Assembly (NCBI GenBank): GCA_951406725.2
Contig: OX597820.1
Span: 112,096,001-112,160,000 of the forward strand
Direction: 5' to 3'
DNA from: Octopus vulgaris
Taxonomy: Eukaryota
DNA length: 64,000 bases
Part shown: positions 25,142-37,912 of the stretch, piece after piece
How the letters are laid out: each line of letters begins with the position of its first letter
Numbering within the stretch: the first letter of the stretch is position 1
The notes under the pieces: model-generated
What the model was told of the DNA's origin: nothing
The model's database searches: none
Seen by the model: only the letters and a program-made list of their open reading frames with translations
Position numbers and translations under genes: made by a program

Positions 25142-26349
25142 TGCATGCATGCAAACACACACACACGCACTCACACATGTGAGTATTTGGTATTTGGTTT
25201 GCAAGATTCTTAATGTGAATTCATGTGTTGAAACAAATTTTGTTGATTCATTATGCCAATATAATTAACACATGCACTGGTTCAATTGCACTCCTTCTTT
25301 ATTATTAGTCAATTGGTTAAATACCCAACTAACTAATTGATTGTTTAATTTGTTTTGTTTTTGTTTGCCAAAGCTCTTATGTTGCTACTTGCAAACTTTA
25401 CAATGACTTTTGACTTAGTCCATTATAATGCAGCCTCTATAATGGACTGAGTCAATAGTTGTTGAAAAAGTTGTAAATAGTAACAAAAGAGCTTTGCCAA
25501 ACAAAAACAAAACAATGGATACGGAAGATCCATTGTTTCTACTATACTCAATGTGCACTGAGGAATTCCTAACGATGATTGTGCAATTACCACGGATGCT
25601 GTCAGGTAGCCATAGGCAGTGAACGTGCTTTGTCAGCATACTACTTGGGACATACCCAACATGCAAAGTTCAAATTTTAAATTTGAATTTAAACTTTAAT
25701 TTTAACTTATATGTATACATATATATATGCATATATATTATATATTTACATATATACACATGTACAGATGGACGTATAAACAAAAGTTAAGTGTTCTCAA
25801 CACCTGTTGTAGGGTTTAGCAGAATCATTTCAATAGTCAAACAAACTTTTCTCATATTTGTTAAACTTCAAATGAAGCAATTCTGAATCAAAAACTGCCA
25901 ATATCCATCCATCCATCCATCCATCCATCCGTCTGTCTGTCCGTCCGTCCGTCCGTCCATACTACATGTCTGTCTGTCTGTATGTATGTATGCATGTGTG
26001 TGCATGTGTGTGTGTATCTGTTTGTCTGTCTGCCTATCTATCTATATTGGTTTAATTAATGTTTTTATTAAGTTTTATCTAACCTTTTTATGTGCCGGTG
26101 GTACGTAAAAAGCACCATCCAAACGTGATTGTTGCCAGGCCTGCCTTACTAACCCCTGTGCTAGTGGCACATAAAAGCACCCACTACACTCTCAGAGTGG
26201 TTGGCACTAGGAAGGGCATACAGCTGTAGAAACTCTGCCAGACCAGATTGGAGCCTGGTGCAGCCTTCGGGCTTCCCAGACCCCAGTTGAACCGTCCAAC
26301 CCATGCTAGCATGGAAAGCGGACGTTAAACGATGATGATGATGATGATG

Positions 26350-26390
<41 letters not shown>

Positions 26391-26405
26391 TACATACATA
26401 CATAC

Positions 26406-26438
<33 letters not shown>

Positions 26439-26473
26439 TACATACCTACATACATACATACATACATACATGC

Positions 26474-26511
<38 letters not shown>

Positions 26512-26512
26512 G

Positions 26513-26955
26513 TCTGGCCCCGTGTCGGTGGCATGTAAAAGCACCATCCGTTCGTGTCCGTTGCCAGCCTCGCCTGGCCCCCGTGCCGGTGACACATAAA
26601 AGCACCATCCGTTCGTGGCCGTTTGCCAGCTCTGTCTGGCCCCGTGTCGGTGGCACGTAAAAGCACCATCCGTTCATGTCCGTTGCCAGCATCGCCCGGC
26701 CCCGTGCCGGTGACACGTAAAAGCACCATCCGTTCGTGGCCGTTTGCCAGCTCTGTCTGGCACCTGTGTAGGTGGCACATAAAAAGCACCCACTACACTC
26801 ACGGAGTGGTTGGCGTTAGGAAGGGCATCCAGCCGTAGAAACACTGCCAGATCTGACTGGGCCTGACGAAGCCTTCCAGCTTCACAGACCCCAGTTGAAC
26901 CGTCCAACCCATGCTAGCATGGAAAGCGGACGCAAAATGATGATGATGATGATGA
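26513..26955 (+). repeat. (GAT)n-tailed retroposon 3' end with internal ~60-bp tandem array (alternating A/B units, ~121-bp period)
   Basis: About 4.5 copies of TGGCCCCGTG(T/C)CGGTG(G/A)CA..TAAAAGCACCATCCGTTC.TG.CCGTT(T)GCCAGC. Confidence 0.85.
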
Positions 26956-26998
26956 TATATAATATATATATACATATATATATGATGATGATGATATA

Positions 26999-27042
<44 letters not shown>

Positions 27043-27459
27043 CATACATGTGTGTGTGTGTGTGCTGCAACCTAGCACAAATAACTGCAGCAAGTAAACT
27101 ATACAACTTCCAAGGCGATCCTAGTAATCTGAATCATAGGGAAGAAACAACTAACAATAGAAGGGAACCAGGCCCTTAGACCATAGTAACATGCACTGGA
27201 GAATGGGTGAATGATAACAGAAGAACCAACAGTCAAAAGGAAAAAATCCTCATAAATTCTTTCACAGGGATAGAAATAGAAGGACAAACTGCTAGAAAGA
27301 GCAGCACCAAAATTAATATCCATAGAAAATTCAGAAATAATACTGGATTGGAGGAAGAAAGAATTGGAGAGATGTTTATTGAAGCCAATAGCACAATAAA
27401 TATATTTCTTTATTGCCCACAAGGGGCTAAACACAAATAATAGAAATAAACAAACAGGT

Positions 27460-27900
27460 CTATGCTACTGTGCTAGAGATAAAATATGCTCATTGAACTC
27501 CAGATATCAAACTAGGAGACTGGCCTATAGATGCAAAGTTACTTTGGAGGGAAGAGAATACTTTTATATAGGAACCAGCTCTCTTTTTTTCAAAAAGTGA
27601 CTAGCTAATCATTTAAATTCTTTTAGAGATAGGAAAAACATTAATAATACAAGTGTAAATATACTAATTTGGTCAATTAGAGACAAAAACAATAGCTGTT
27701 CTATTGATTGGGAACTAATTAGTACCACTAAGCCTTATCGAGTCTGAGTGAAATAGACGCAACTTATGCATAGAAGAACTTACCAAATATTTACATCAAA
27801 ATACACATTAATTGATACAAGACATGAACAAACCCTAAGATATTTACAGAAACACAGTAGGCTCTTTAAGAAATATAAGGATAATTCTAGAGAGCCGACA
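27460..27900 (+). pseudogene. Decayed GIY-YIG endonuclease of a Naiad-type Penelope-like element
   Basis: Frame reads CYCARDKICSLNSRYQTRRLAYRCKVTLEGREYFYIGTSSLFFKK*LANHLNSFRDRKN...IWSIRDK...IDWELISTTKPY, i.e. CxCx5C, YIG, NH..SF and W.I....PY motifs. Confidence 0.7.
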
Positions 27901-28286
27901 CCCCAGCAACAATTGAGCTTGATATAACAAATAGAATAACAAAACCTAAACATAAAAATATTAATAACAATCATTAAGAAACCAAATACTGTACCCAATG
28001 TATAACACAAATCATGAACCCTCAATACAAGCACTACATTTGAAATCAAAAACGTAACACACACAAACATTAAAATGAACAAAGAGCCTTACAAAAACAA
28101 TAATCTTGACCTTGACCTATTTTAGCCTTACAAAAACAATAATCTTGACCTTGACCTATTTTAGAACAATCGATAACTTCAGACAGTGACTGGGGTGAAG
28201 TTGAGGTCAACAGTGCATACCTATAAATAATGACACCTCCCACAGAACATTAACAAAAATTTACTTCAAGGATGACTAAATGGATG

Positions 28287-28354
28287 GATCCTGATGAAGG
28301 TGCACCTGCATTTGCAACAGTGAGTAGTCACTGCAGTGGAAACATGTGTAGGTC
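28287..28354 (+). ncRNA. Type I hammerhead ribozyme-like motif in the 3' tail of the Naiad-type remnant
   Basis: GATC-CTGATGA-...CAGTGAgtagTCACTG...-GAAA-CATGTGTA-GGTC. Stem I is GATC/GGTC; stem III ACATGTGT is one CpG transition from palindromic ACACGTGT. Confidence 0.6.
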
Positions 28355-29165
28355 ATTATAATATGCTGTATGTAACTATAAAATATATTTTGTGGATGTA
28401 CAAGTCCCCATACTCTTTATTATTATTACTATTAATAGATACTCCAGACAATTTTTACCATCCAGCAAAGAGTTCATGGAATTACTAATCAGAAGAATTC
28501 ACAGAGTAACTAACAGCAAATTGTAGTCCCAGACGTTAAATACTGATTGTTGTGGTTAGCCATTAACTAGAACTTAGCTGAGAGCCAACACAGTATCCAC
28601 CTGAATAATAGATCTCTCAAAACTCACTTTTATATGCGTGTGTGTGTGAATTCTATGTACCTCATACCTTGAGGGCCCACTCAGACATCTATTTTTTCTA
28701 CCTCTACCCTGGTCACTTTTACTCTATAATGTGAGTAGGCATGACACTAGTTCTGTTTTGGTACCTTCTCTCATACTTTAAACTCTCGTCTAACACAAAG
28801 CCCTCTCCCTCTCTGATGTAGTCTGAGCTGCATGACTCGTATAAATAGCAGCACTACTGGTATAAATATATACTAGTAGTGCTGGTACCATGAAAAAGAA
28901 AAAACACCCAGTACATGCTGTAGAGTGGTTGGTTTTAGGAAGGGCATTCATATGTTGAAAGCATGCCAAAGTAGGCATTGAAGCAAAATATAGTCCCCAG
29001 ATCCAGTGGATCCTGTCAAGCAGTTTAGACTATGTCAGCATAAAAGATGGATGTTAAATGGTGATGATGATGGTGATGATGATGACGATGATGACAACAA
29101 TGATACATACATACCATGTATACACACATACATATACACACATGCACATACACACACACACCACA

Positions 29166-29206
<41 letters not shown>

Positions 29207-29677
29207 ACACTCACACATTGCCAGACATGTTTTCCATGAAGTTTGGAAAGGAACAACCTTGCTGTGTGATGATGATGATGCTCATTTACAACCATCACAT
29301 GATGTCCAGACAAGGGTAGACACAAACATACGCATAAACATATGTACATGCATATATGTGTGGGGGGGGGGTATGTGGGTGTGTGTGTGATAGGCTTCTT
29401 TCAATTTCTGTGTATGAAATCTATTTACAAGGCTATGATCAGCTTGGCCATAGTAGAAAACACTTGTCCATGGTGCTGTGTAGTTTACTGAACCTGAGAC
29501 CACATGGTTGCGAAGCAGGCTTCTTAACCACACATCTACACCTGTGCCTTTATGTATGCATGAGAGACAGTATCAAACTATCAGATGTTGTTATACACTG
29601 TTTATCACAATGCACTTTGCATTATCTTAACTTTTGAATAATGTATATGTATGTGTGTGTGTATATACATACATACA

Positions 29678-29727
<50 letters not shown>

Positions 29728-30279
29728 CACGTGCATCAAGTATGTGTATATGCACACACACATGGGTAAGAATGAAGGGTTGGGTGGTGTTGGAATTTTC
29801 TCAGCAGATAAATAAATATATACAAAGTAATTGAGGTTATCAGATTTTACGATAAAATATTATTGAGCTTAGTCCGGTTATGGGTAACATGACAGTGACA
29901 TTTATCTCTGCATGTACAGTCTACTAACGCCTAGCAGATGAACTGGTTTTATGAGGCTTTCTGTAAACTATCATGACAACAAATGACAATGAACTTGTTA
30001 TAACAAGGTCACTGTGATATCTTCCACATGGTACATAAAAGTTATGGATGTTGTACAAAGGATGAAAAAGTATCAAGGCTTTTGGATTTCTGTAATACAA
30101 ATGCTACTAATTATTTGCAATACTTAGGAATCAAACAAACATGCGAGCTAAATGTACTTCATACTCACAAGAAAATAGTTTAGGTAGTTGGTTGTAAATA
30201 TTAAGTCTTTCCCTGTTGAAGAATTTACCTCTTAAAACAGACTAGTGATCTCAGAATAAGAGTCAGATAAATAGTAACT

Positions 30280-31500
30280 TGAGAATAAAAGATGAGGCAA
30301 TCTGGGAAAGGAAGGTATAGAAGCTGAAAGAGACCTTGACCAGTCAAAGGTTCAGAGAAGTACTGAGGAAGAGGGTATAGAGGCTTATAATAATCTACTG
30401 TGAACTGCAGACCAGATCTGTCATTGGTGTAAGGTTCCCATCAGATGGAAGATGACATGGCTGTGGTAGGTACAGTAGAAGGTATTATAGAAGCTGAAAG
30501 GTGGGGCTGGGGAGACCAGAAGAAAAAGGGAGAAGAAAACAATGTCAAGCTGGACTGAATTTACTTAGCAAGGAGGGGAGCCAAAATTGAACGGTTTAGA
30601 AATGTTTCCTGAGGATTAGAGATGTGAGACATTTTGGATTGCAAGGTACTGAACTAGAAAGGATTCAGATGTTACTGGAAGAAATGTCTGTGAAATGATA
30701 GCCTCCCACTTGCCCTCACTCATGCCCCAAAACAAAGAGGCCTGCTGAATGAAGGGAATCTATGGGAGAAGGAAAGCCTTATCACATTAAAACCAACAGT
30801 GGGGACCTGCCATTGAAGTTGATTGTTGTACCATTGAAAACATGGTTAAAGTTATGAAGGTAGAGTAGGTTGAGGCACTATGAAGAATAATTGCTAGAGC
30901 TGCTTAAAATATCTGATGGCACAGGTCACACACTAGCATAGGCAGTGACTGATGCATCATCATCAACTACAACAAGGGCAAAGGAGATGCTGTAGAGAGT
31001 GACAATAGAACGAAATCATAGTGGTAGAACAGGTTTTGAAAGAAATAGTTAGAGCATAGCTGATTAGTAAGAGAATTATCCTAGACTAGCTGCAGTTTGG
31101 GTTTATGCCAAGACAGAGTTCTATTAATGCTCTCTTCCTAGTGAAATAACTACAGTAGATTAGTTAGCTCAGAGGAAATTATTCTATCTAGCTTTTGTTG
31201 ATCTGACAAGGCCCTTAAGAGGCTTCCACTGTTAGGTACTAAGAAATCTAGGGATAGATGAATGAACTGTGAAAGCTATGCAAGCCATGTGCAGATGAGC
31301 TGCCAACAGAGTTAACAATGAATTGATTGAGGAATTTAACTTGCAAGTTTGTGGACTCAAGGTTCAATTCTCAAATTTCTTCTGCTTATGATAAGGCTCC
31401 AGGTTATAGCAAAAGAGTTTAAGATTGGCTGTCAATGGTTACTTCTGTTTTCCACAGCCTTCTCATAGCAGAATGAGTCAAAAACTTGAAGATTTCAAAC
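30280..31500 (+). mobile_element. Highly decayed RTE-type LINE fragment
   Basis: Resembles 47870-49320, e.g. CAGTTTGGGTTTATGCCA (QFGF.P) and CTAGCTTTTGTTGATCTG (LAFVDL). Confidence 0.6.
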
Positions 31501-31789
31501 ACTCAGTAAAAGAGTGGGAAGGAATCCTATATAGCATAACCATTCTAAGCTATGGCTATACAAGCAGTGAAATGGGTTTATAGTTAAGATATCAGAAAAA
31601 GTTCACTTCATATGTAGCAGCTATACAGCAATAATTAGCTGTGAAAAAATGTGCAATTAATTCCTTTAAATACTCAGAAATCATATGGAGTGACAGTTCC
31701 TCAGATCTTCCCTATAAACCCTCTTAAAAAACTATTAGATTGAATCAAAGATTTTTTCGCATTTTCACTGATGATTTTTGGCAACATGT

Positions 31790-32578
31790 ATCACTGTGTT
31801 ATATTATTAATTTGATAAAACATATTATTCAATAGTTGCTGATTTGTTTGTTCTTTATTTTCATATATAACAAATAAACATTAATTGCTTATTCTTTATT
31901 TTACAGCTTTGATAATGAGTAGTAAAAAAAATTGTAATTAGAGCCATTTTGTGCCACCAGTGGAAATAAAGGATTGAGTGCTAGGACATCAGCGAAAGAA
32001 ATTAATGATGTAGGAGGTTCAGGAACTGTCAATGAACATGTGGCACGAAACTGGTTCATGCGTTTCAAAGAAAGATGATACCAACCTGGAAGGCAAACCA
32101 AAATCAGGGAGACCGTGTTGCACTCTGAGCTTGTCCTAGATGGCCATGCTGAGAACACTAAGCTTTATGCTCAACAGCTGCAGCAAGTGTGTGATGCTTT
32201 GAAATCTTGCTACCCAACATTGTTCAGTCAAAGATGTGCACTTATACAGCATGACAATACCCTGCTAATGTGACCTGTAGAAACTTGAACTTGAGGGGCT
32301 GAAAGTGCTGCTTTACCCTGCCTTGAGTACACCTTGCCCTAATAGATTACAATCTTTTCTGAACCATGGCTCATTTCCTACATGGACAGAGGTTCAACAA
32401 TGTGGATGAGGTTGAAAATGGAGGCAGAGAGTTTTTTTGCCTCTAAACCAGCCAAATAGTATAAGCATGGAATTGAGCAACAGACAATAGAATATGATGG
32501 GATTATATTTCGTATGTAATTTATTTGAAGTATAAATTAAAGCTTGAAATAGGAAAAAACACTTTTGACTTAACCTGG

Positions 32579-32580
<2 letters not shown>
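31790..32580 (+). mobile_element. Decayed mariner fragment
   Basis: Remnants AKEINDVGGSGTVNEHVARNWFMRFK, LIQHDN and DYNLF, ending in TIR-like TTTGACTTAACCTGG-TA. Confidence 0.6.
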
Positions 32581-32643
<63 letters not shown>

Positions 32644-32670
32644 GGGTGTGTGTGATTGTGTATAGAAGAA

Positions 32671-35318
32671 TATATTAATAAAAGGAATTCCAACCTTGTC
32701 TGATTTTCACGTTTTATTTACAATCTTATAATGATATATTATAAGATAATATATTATAATAGAATAAAATAAAATAAAATAGTAGAATGTTAAATGTTCA
32801 TTCTGATTGAACTAGTACTTTCATGCATTAAATTCTGCAATCTTCGGGTTCATGTAGTAGTGGTGACAGTCATGCTTCACAATTTTTGACTGTAGCAAGA
32901 TGATTAAATACAGCTGGGCAGGCTCCAGAGTGCTAGGTTTTGCAAACTGTATTCTGACCAATCAGTGTGTAGTATCACTCAATTACTTAAGCTGATTGGT
33001 TGGTTGAGCTGATTGGTTTAGGCGTCACGCTTTGTTGGACATGTCAAGAGTCCTGTATCTTGACCCTGGCCAAAGCAGCAATTGTTGGGTTATTTTTAGA
33101 AATGTTGTAAATAGCCTTTGTCAGAGATTTTTATATTTTTATATTTCAATTGTCATCATCATCATTGTCAGCACCTTAATTATTGTTGCTAGTGGTGATG
33201 GTGGTGGCAATAGAACTTTTAACCCTAAATAAGATAATTTTCCTGCTATCTTCATCTTGATCACCTTTAGTATTGTTGTTGTTGTTAGTGGTCATGGTCG
33301 TAGCAGTAGAAGTAGTACCTCTAAGTATTATTATTATTGCTTATTTAGCTTGGGTTCGAATTTATCAATAAAATTCTTTTCTCTGATTTTCCTCTCGATT
33401 TCACTTGGGCTGTGTAATTTGTAGAACGGAAATATTATATACATTTTCCGACCACATGTTGCTAGGTGGTTACTCAAAGGTATCTGACGGACCTCTGGGT
33501 CTCTAATCTGTTGCCGGTGTACACGTGAGTGTTCTGATAGTGCGTTTCCTGTCTGACCTACATATATTTCTTCACAATTTGGGCATTTGATGCAGTAAAT
33601 TAAATTTCTGCTTTTGCAGTTCATATTCGCGTTTGTGAATATTTTCCCGGTTTTTGTGTTTATATATTGGCCGGTATGTATGAATTGGCATGTGCCACAT
33701 CGGCTATCATTGCATTTAGATACAGTGAACGTTTGGTCTTTGTTGCTAATGTTTTCAAGTTTTTAGGCTGTCTTTTACTAAGCACCATAGCTCGATCCGT
33801 GATTATGTCTTTTAATTCATTACTTTGAGCAATGATTGGTAGGTTTGCTTTGGCAATGTTGAAGATATTCTGGTGACATGGGTTGTGTGTCACTATGAAT
33901 GGTATGACTTGTTCTTGTTTTCCTCTTCCTTGGGTTGTCCTAAGTTGTTGTATGGGTATTTTTATAGCCCGCTGTATGCCATTTTCTATAAGTAGAGATG
34001 GGTATTTTTGTTTGAGCAAAAATTTATTGACATTGTTTTGAAACCACTATGTACTTACATACCCAGTTTCATCAGGGATGACATCAACTTCCTGTCCCAT
34101 CTTCCCAAAACAACAGAAACAAAATCAGTTTTACTAAGTTTTGATGTGGTAAGCCTCTACACCAATATTCCACACGATTTAGGAATAAAGGCGATTAAAT
34201 ACTGGTTAGAAAAACATAGAGAAGTGATTCCTGGCAGATTCACAGTGCCATTTATATTAGACACAGTCAAACTTATTCTAGAAAACAACACATTCTTCTT
34301 CAATGGAAAGAATTACATCCAAATTAGAGGCACGGCGATGGGAACGAGGTTTGCTCCCGTTTACGCCAACTCTGTAATGGGATACTTAGAACAACAACTC
34401 TACCAAGAGGTGGAGGTAAACTATGGCACTGGATTTAGAAAGTATATTGAAAAGGCATGGAAGAGATACCTAGACGACTGCTTCATAATCTGGACAGAAT
34501 CTCTAAATACTCTGGAAGAGTTCAATATCCTCCTGAACAACCTACACCCATCTCTCCAATTTACAAAGGAGATGAGTAGTACCAAATTACCATTCCTAGA
34601 TATAATGGTAATTAAAAAAGACACCACCATCACCACAGATATGTGAAGAAATATATGTAGGTCAGATGGGAAACGCACTATCAGAACGCTCACGTGTACA
34701 CCGGCAACAGATTAGAGACCCAGAGGTCCGTCAGATACCTTTGAGTAACCACCTAGCAACATGTGGCCGGAAAATGTATTTAATATTTCCGTTCTACAAA
34801 TTACACAGCCCAAGTGAAATCGAGAGGAAAATCAGAGAAAAGAATTTTATTGATAAATTCGAACCCAAGCTAAATAAGCAATAATAATAATACTTAGAGG
34901 TACTACTTCTACTGCTACGACCATGACCACTAACAACAACAACAATACTAAAGGTGATCAAGATGAAGATAGCAGGAAAATTATCTTATTTAGGGTTAAA
35001 AGTTCTATTGCCACCACCATCACCACTAGCAACAATAATTAAGGTGCTGACAATGATGATGATGACAATTGAAATATAAAAATATAAAAATCTCTGACAA
35101 AGGCTATTTACAACATTTCTAAAAATAACCCAACAATTGCTGCTTTGGCCAGGGTCAAGATACAGGACTCTTGACATGTCCAACAAAGCATGACACCTAA
35201 ACCAATCAGCATGAACATTTAACATTCTACTATTTTATTTTATTTTATTCTATTATAATATATCATTATAAGATTGTAAATAAAACATGAAAATCAGACA
35301 AGGTTGGAATTCCTTTTA

Positions 35319-35326
<8 letters not shown>
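32671..35326. mobile_element. Neptune-type Penelope-like retroelement, rearranged with long inverted arms
   Basis: RT core on + (34012-34641: FDVVSLYTNIPH, GTAMGTRFAPVYAN, YLDDCFIIW, LPFLD). Linker CNDSRCGTC and GIY-YIG NLIYCIKCPNCEEIYVGQTG on - (33334-34019). 32671-33576 is the reverse complement of 34642-35326. Confidence 0.92.
32808..32852 (-). ncRNA. Minimal type I hammerhead ribozyme in the PLE 3' tail
   Basis: Minus strand reads TGAAC-CCGAAGA-TTGCA gaatttaa TGCAT-GAAA-GTACTA-GTTCA: 5-bp stem I, palindromic stem III (AGTACT) and a U4C core variant. Confidence 0.75.
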
Positions 35327-35357
<31 letters not shown>

Positions 35358-35498
35358 AGATAGATAGATAGATAAAGATAAATATGGCCGGTTTATGGGG
35401 TTATCCTGAGTTTCACATCCATAATGTGCATAGCTTTACAACATTTCTTCAGGTCCTAAATATGTTTGCTAATGGCCTCTCTAGAAAAGGGAGGAGGG

Positions 35499-35535
<37 letters not shown>

Positions 35536-35615
35536 AATACATATACATTTAGATATATAAGAAAGCAAAATACAAATGGTTGTTTATGTTTGATTACACC
35601 ATCTTACATATATAT

Positions 35616-36452
35616 ATGGTTGTCAGATAAAATCATTTGTTTCTTACCAATATTATTCAAATTAACACAAAAGCATTTTTACTACAGTGTTTTTACTTTT
35701 CAAAGAAAAGTAAAAACACTTTAGCTCTATTTTTCCTCTACAACTTTCGTTTATCATTTTTTAAATTTGAATAAAGCTTACCACTTTTCAGGCATATCAT
35801 GACAAAGAGTTAAGCGGAAAAAACCCCAGCATTTTCAACTCCTGCTTCTCTTCATTTTCAATCAAATTTCCAAAGCTGGCAAAGCTACTTGAGACCTTTG
35901 TGCTGCGTACAGAAAGGGTGTTGCTACTGAAAGAAATGGTTTCCATGTTTCAAGATGAAAACTTTAACTTCACAGACTCTCTGTATTCTGACTGACCTGT
36001 TTTGTTCAATGAGGACTAATTGAACCAACTCATCCATGAGGATCTGCACCAGTCTGCTAGAGAATATATATTTCTGTCGTCAAACTATTGACAATTTGTG
36101 CAATGTTGGCAAGAAATCATGAGAAATAGAGAACACATTATTAACTATTGTGTCTGGGGAGAGTCATTTTGTTTTTGTGTCTTATTATTTAACACAGACG
36201 CAATGAAAATTTTCGGACAAAAAAAATAAGAAAAAAAAGTGGAAATTTTACCGGTGAATGTGTTAAATAATAAGGCACAAAAAGAAAAAGACTCTCCCCA
36301 GACACAACAGAATATGCTTCAACACACGAACTCATATAAAGAATCTTGCAAACCAAATCCCAAAACGAAACATTATTGACTGATTTGCTAAAATTGTTGA
36401 TAAAAAATAAGGATTAAAATTAATTGAAAAATGAATTTATCTGACAACCTTA
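35616..36452 (+). mobile_element. Mariner remnant carrying an internal hairpin insertion
   Basis: TIR-like ends ATGGTTGTCAGATAAAATC and AATTTATCTGACAACCTT, with HTH remnant LCAAYRKGVATERNGFHVSR. Confidence 0.55.
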
Positions 36453-36481
36453 AATTTATATATTTATGGGGGTGCATGTGT

Positions 36482-36512
<31 letters not shown>

Positions 36513-37584
36513 CATATGTGTACGTACATATATATATATTTCTTTACTGTCCACAAGGGGCCAAACATAGAGGGGACAAACAAGGACAGACAAAGGGATT
36601 AAGTCGATTACATTGACCCCAGTGGGAAACTGGTACTTTATTTATCAACCCCGAAAGGATGAAAGGCAAAGTCGACTTCGGTGGAATTTGAACTCAGAAC
36701 GTAACGACAGACGAAATACCGCATTTCGCCTGGCGGGCAAACGTTTCTGCCAGTTCGCCGCCTTTATATATATATATGTACACATGCACATACATGCACT
36801 AACACATATACATACACACTCACTCACACATGTATGTATGTCTGTGTAGGTGCATGTGTGTGCAGGTATATGCATTAAATAAAGCTGAAGGCAGTCTTAA
36901 GAATATATGTTTATTCTCATTTAAATACACCTAAACAATAGTTTTTTATCTTTTCTCTTGTTTCAATCATTGGACAGTGGCCATGCTGAGGCACTGCCTT
37001 GAATTTTTTAGTCAAATAAATCGACCCCTGTACTTATTTTTAAGCCTGGTACTTATTCTATCGGTCTCTTTCGCCAAACCACTAAGTTACAGGGGTGTAA
37101 ACACACCCACACCAGTTATCAGGTGGTGATGGGAGGAAAAACACAGACACACCCATGCATATATATATATAACAGGCTTCTTTCAGTTTCTGTCTACCAA
37201 ATCCAGTCACAAGGCTTTGGTTGGTCCAAAGCTATAATAGAAAACACTTGCCCAAGGTGCTGCACAATGGGGCTGAACCCTTAACCATATGGTTAGGAAG
37301 CCACACAGCCACTCCTGTGCCTATTAATAATTTCTAAACAATGCTGGACTGAGTTTATAGAAAAATAGCTTCCTAGACATTGGTTCTAAGGATTGTCAAA
37401 TGTTATTTTTGAATTAGACAAGCAGAGATGGTTGAATGGTTCTTTCATAGCTTTTATTTTTACACATTTATCTTTTCTTATTGTTTGTTTGTTTCTATTT
37501 TACGTTTTTTTTTTTTTTTTAGTATTTTTATTTTCAGCTTTCTGTGTCCTTTTTTACATTACCACAAATAGTCATACATATATA

Positions 37585-37912
37585 TAACTGGCACTCCATC
37601 GGTTATGAGGACAAGGGTTCCAGTTGATCCGATCAATGGAACAACCTGCTCCTGATATTAACGTGCAAGTGGATGAGCACTCCACAGACACGTGTACCCT
37701 TAACGTAGTTCTCGGGGAGATTCAGCATGACACAGAGTGCAATAAGGCTGGTCCTTTGAAATACAGGTACAACTCATTTTTGCCAGCTGAGTGGACTGGA
37801 GCAATGTGAATTAAAAGTGTCTTGCTCAAGGACACAAGCCACTGCCAGGTATCAGCCTCATGACCTTTCAATCACAAACCAGGTACCCTAACTACTAAGC
37901 CATGCACCTTCA
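37585..37912 (-). mobile_element. tRNA-derived SINE, family C
   Basis: Minus-strand head GGTGCATGGCTTAGTAGTTAGGGT..., then GTGTCCTTGAGCAAGACACTT...CTCCAGTCCACTCAGCTG. A related interrupted copy lies at ~55270-55620(+). Confidence 0.65.

Noticed and set aside
26513-26790. Regular ~60-bp repeats as a CRISPR-like array
   Set aside because: There are no unique spacers, the context is eukaryotic, and the repeats are part of a retroposon tail.
27595-27750. In-frame TGA codons in the Naiad-type endonuclease as possible selenocysteine
   Set aside because: They fall where Arg (FKKR-LANH) and probably Gly are expected, not Cys, and the element has other disablements. Decay is the simpler explanation.
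35395-35458. Minus-strand CTGAAGA...GAAACTCAGGATA as a hammerhead
   Set aside because: Stem II does not abut GAAA, and stems I and III do not pair convincingly.
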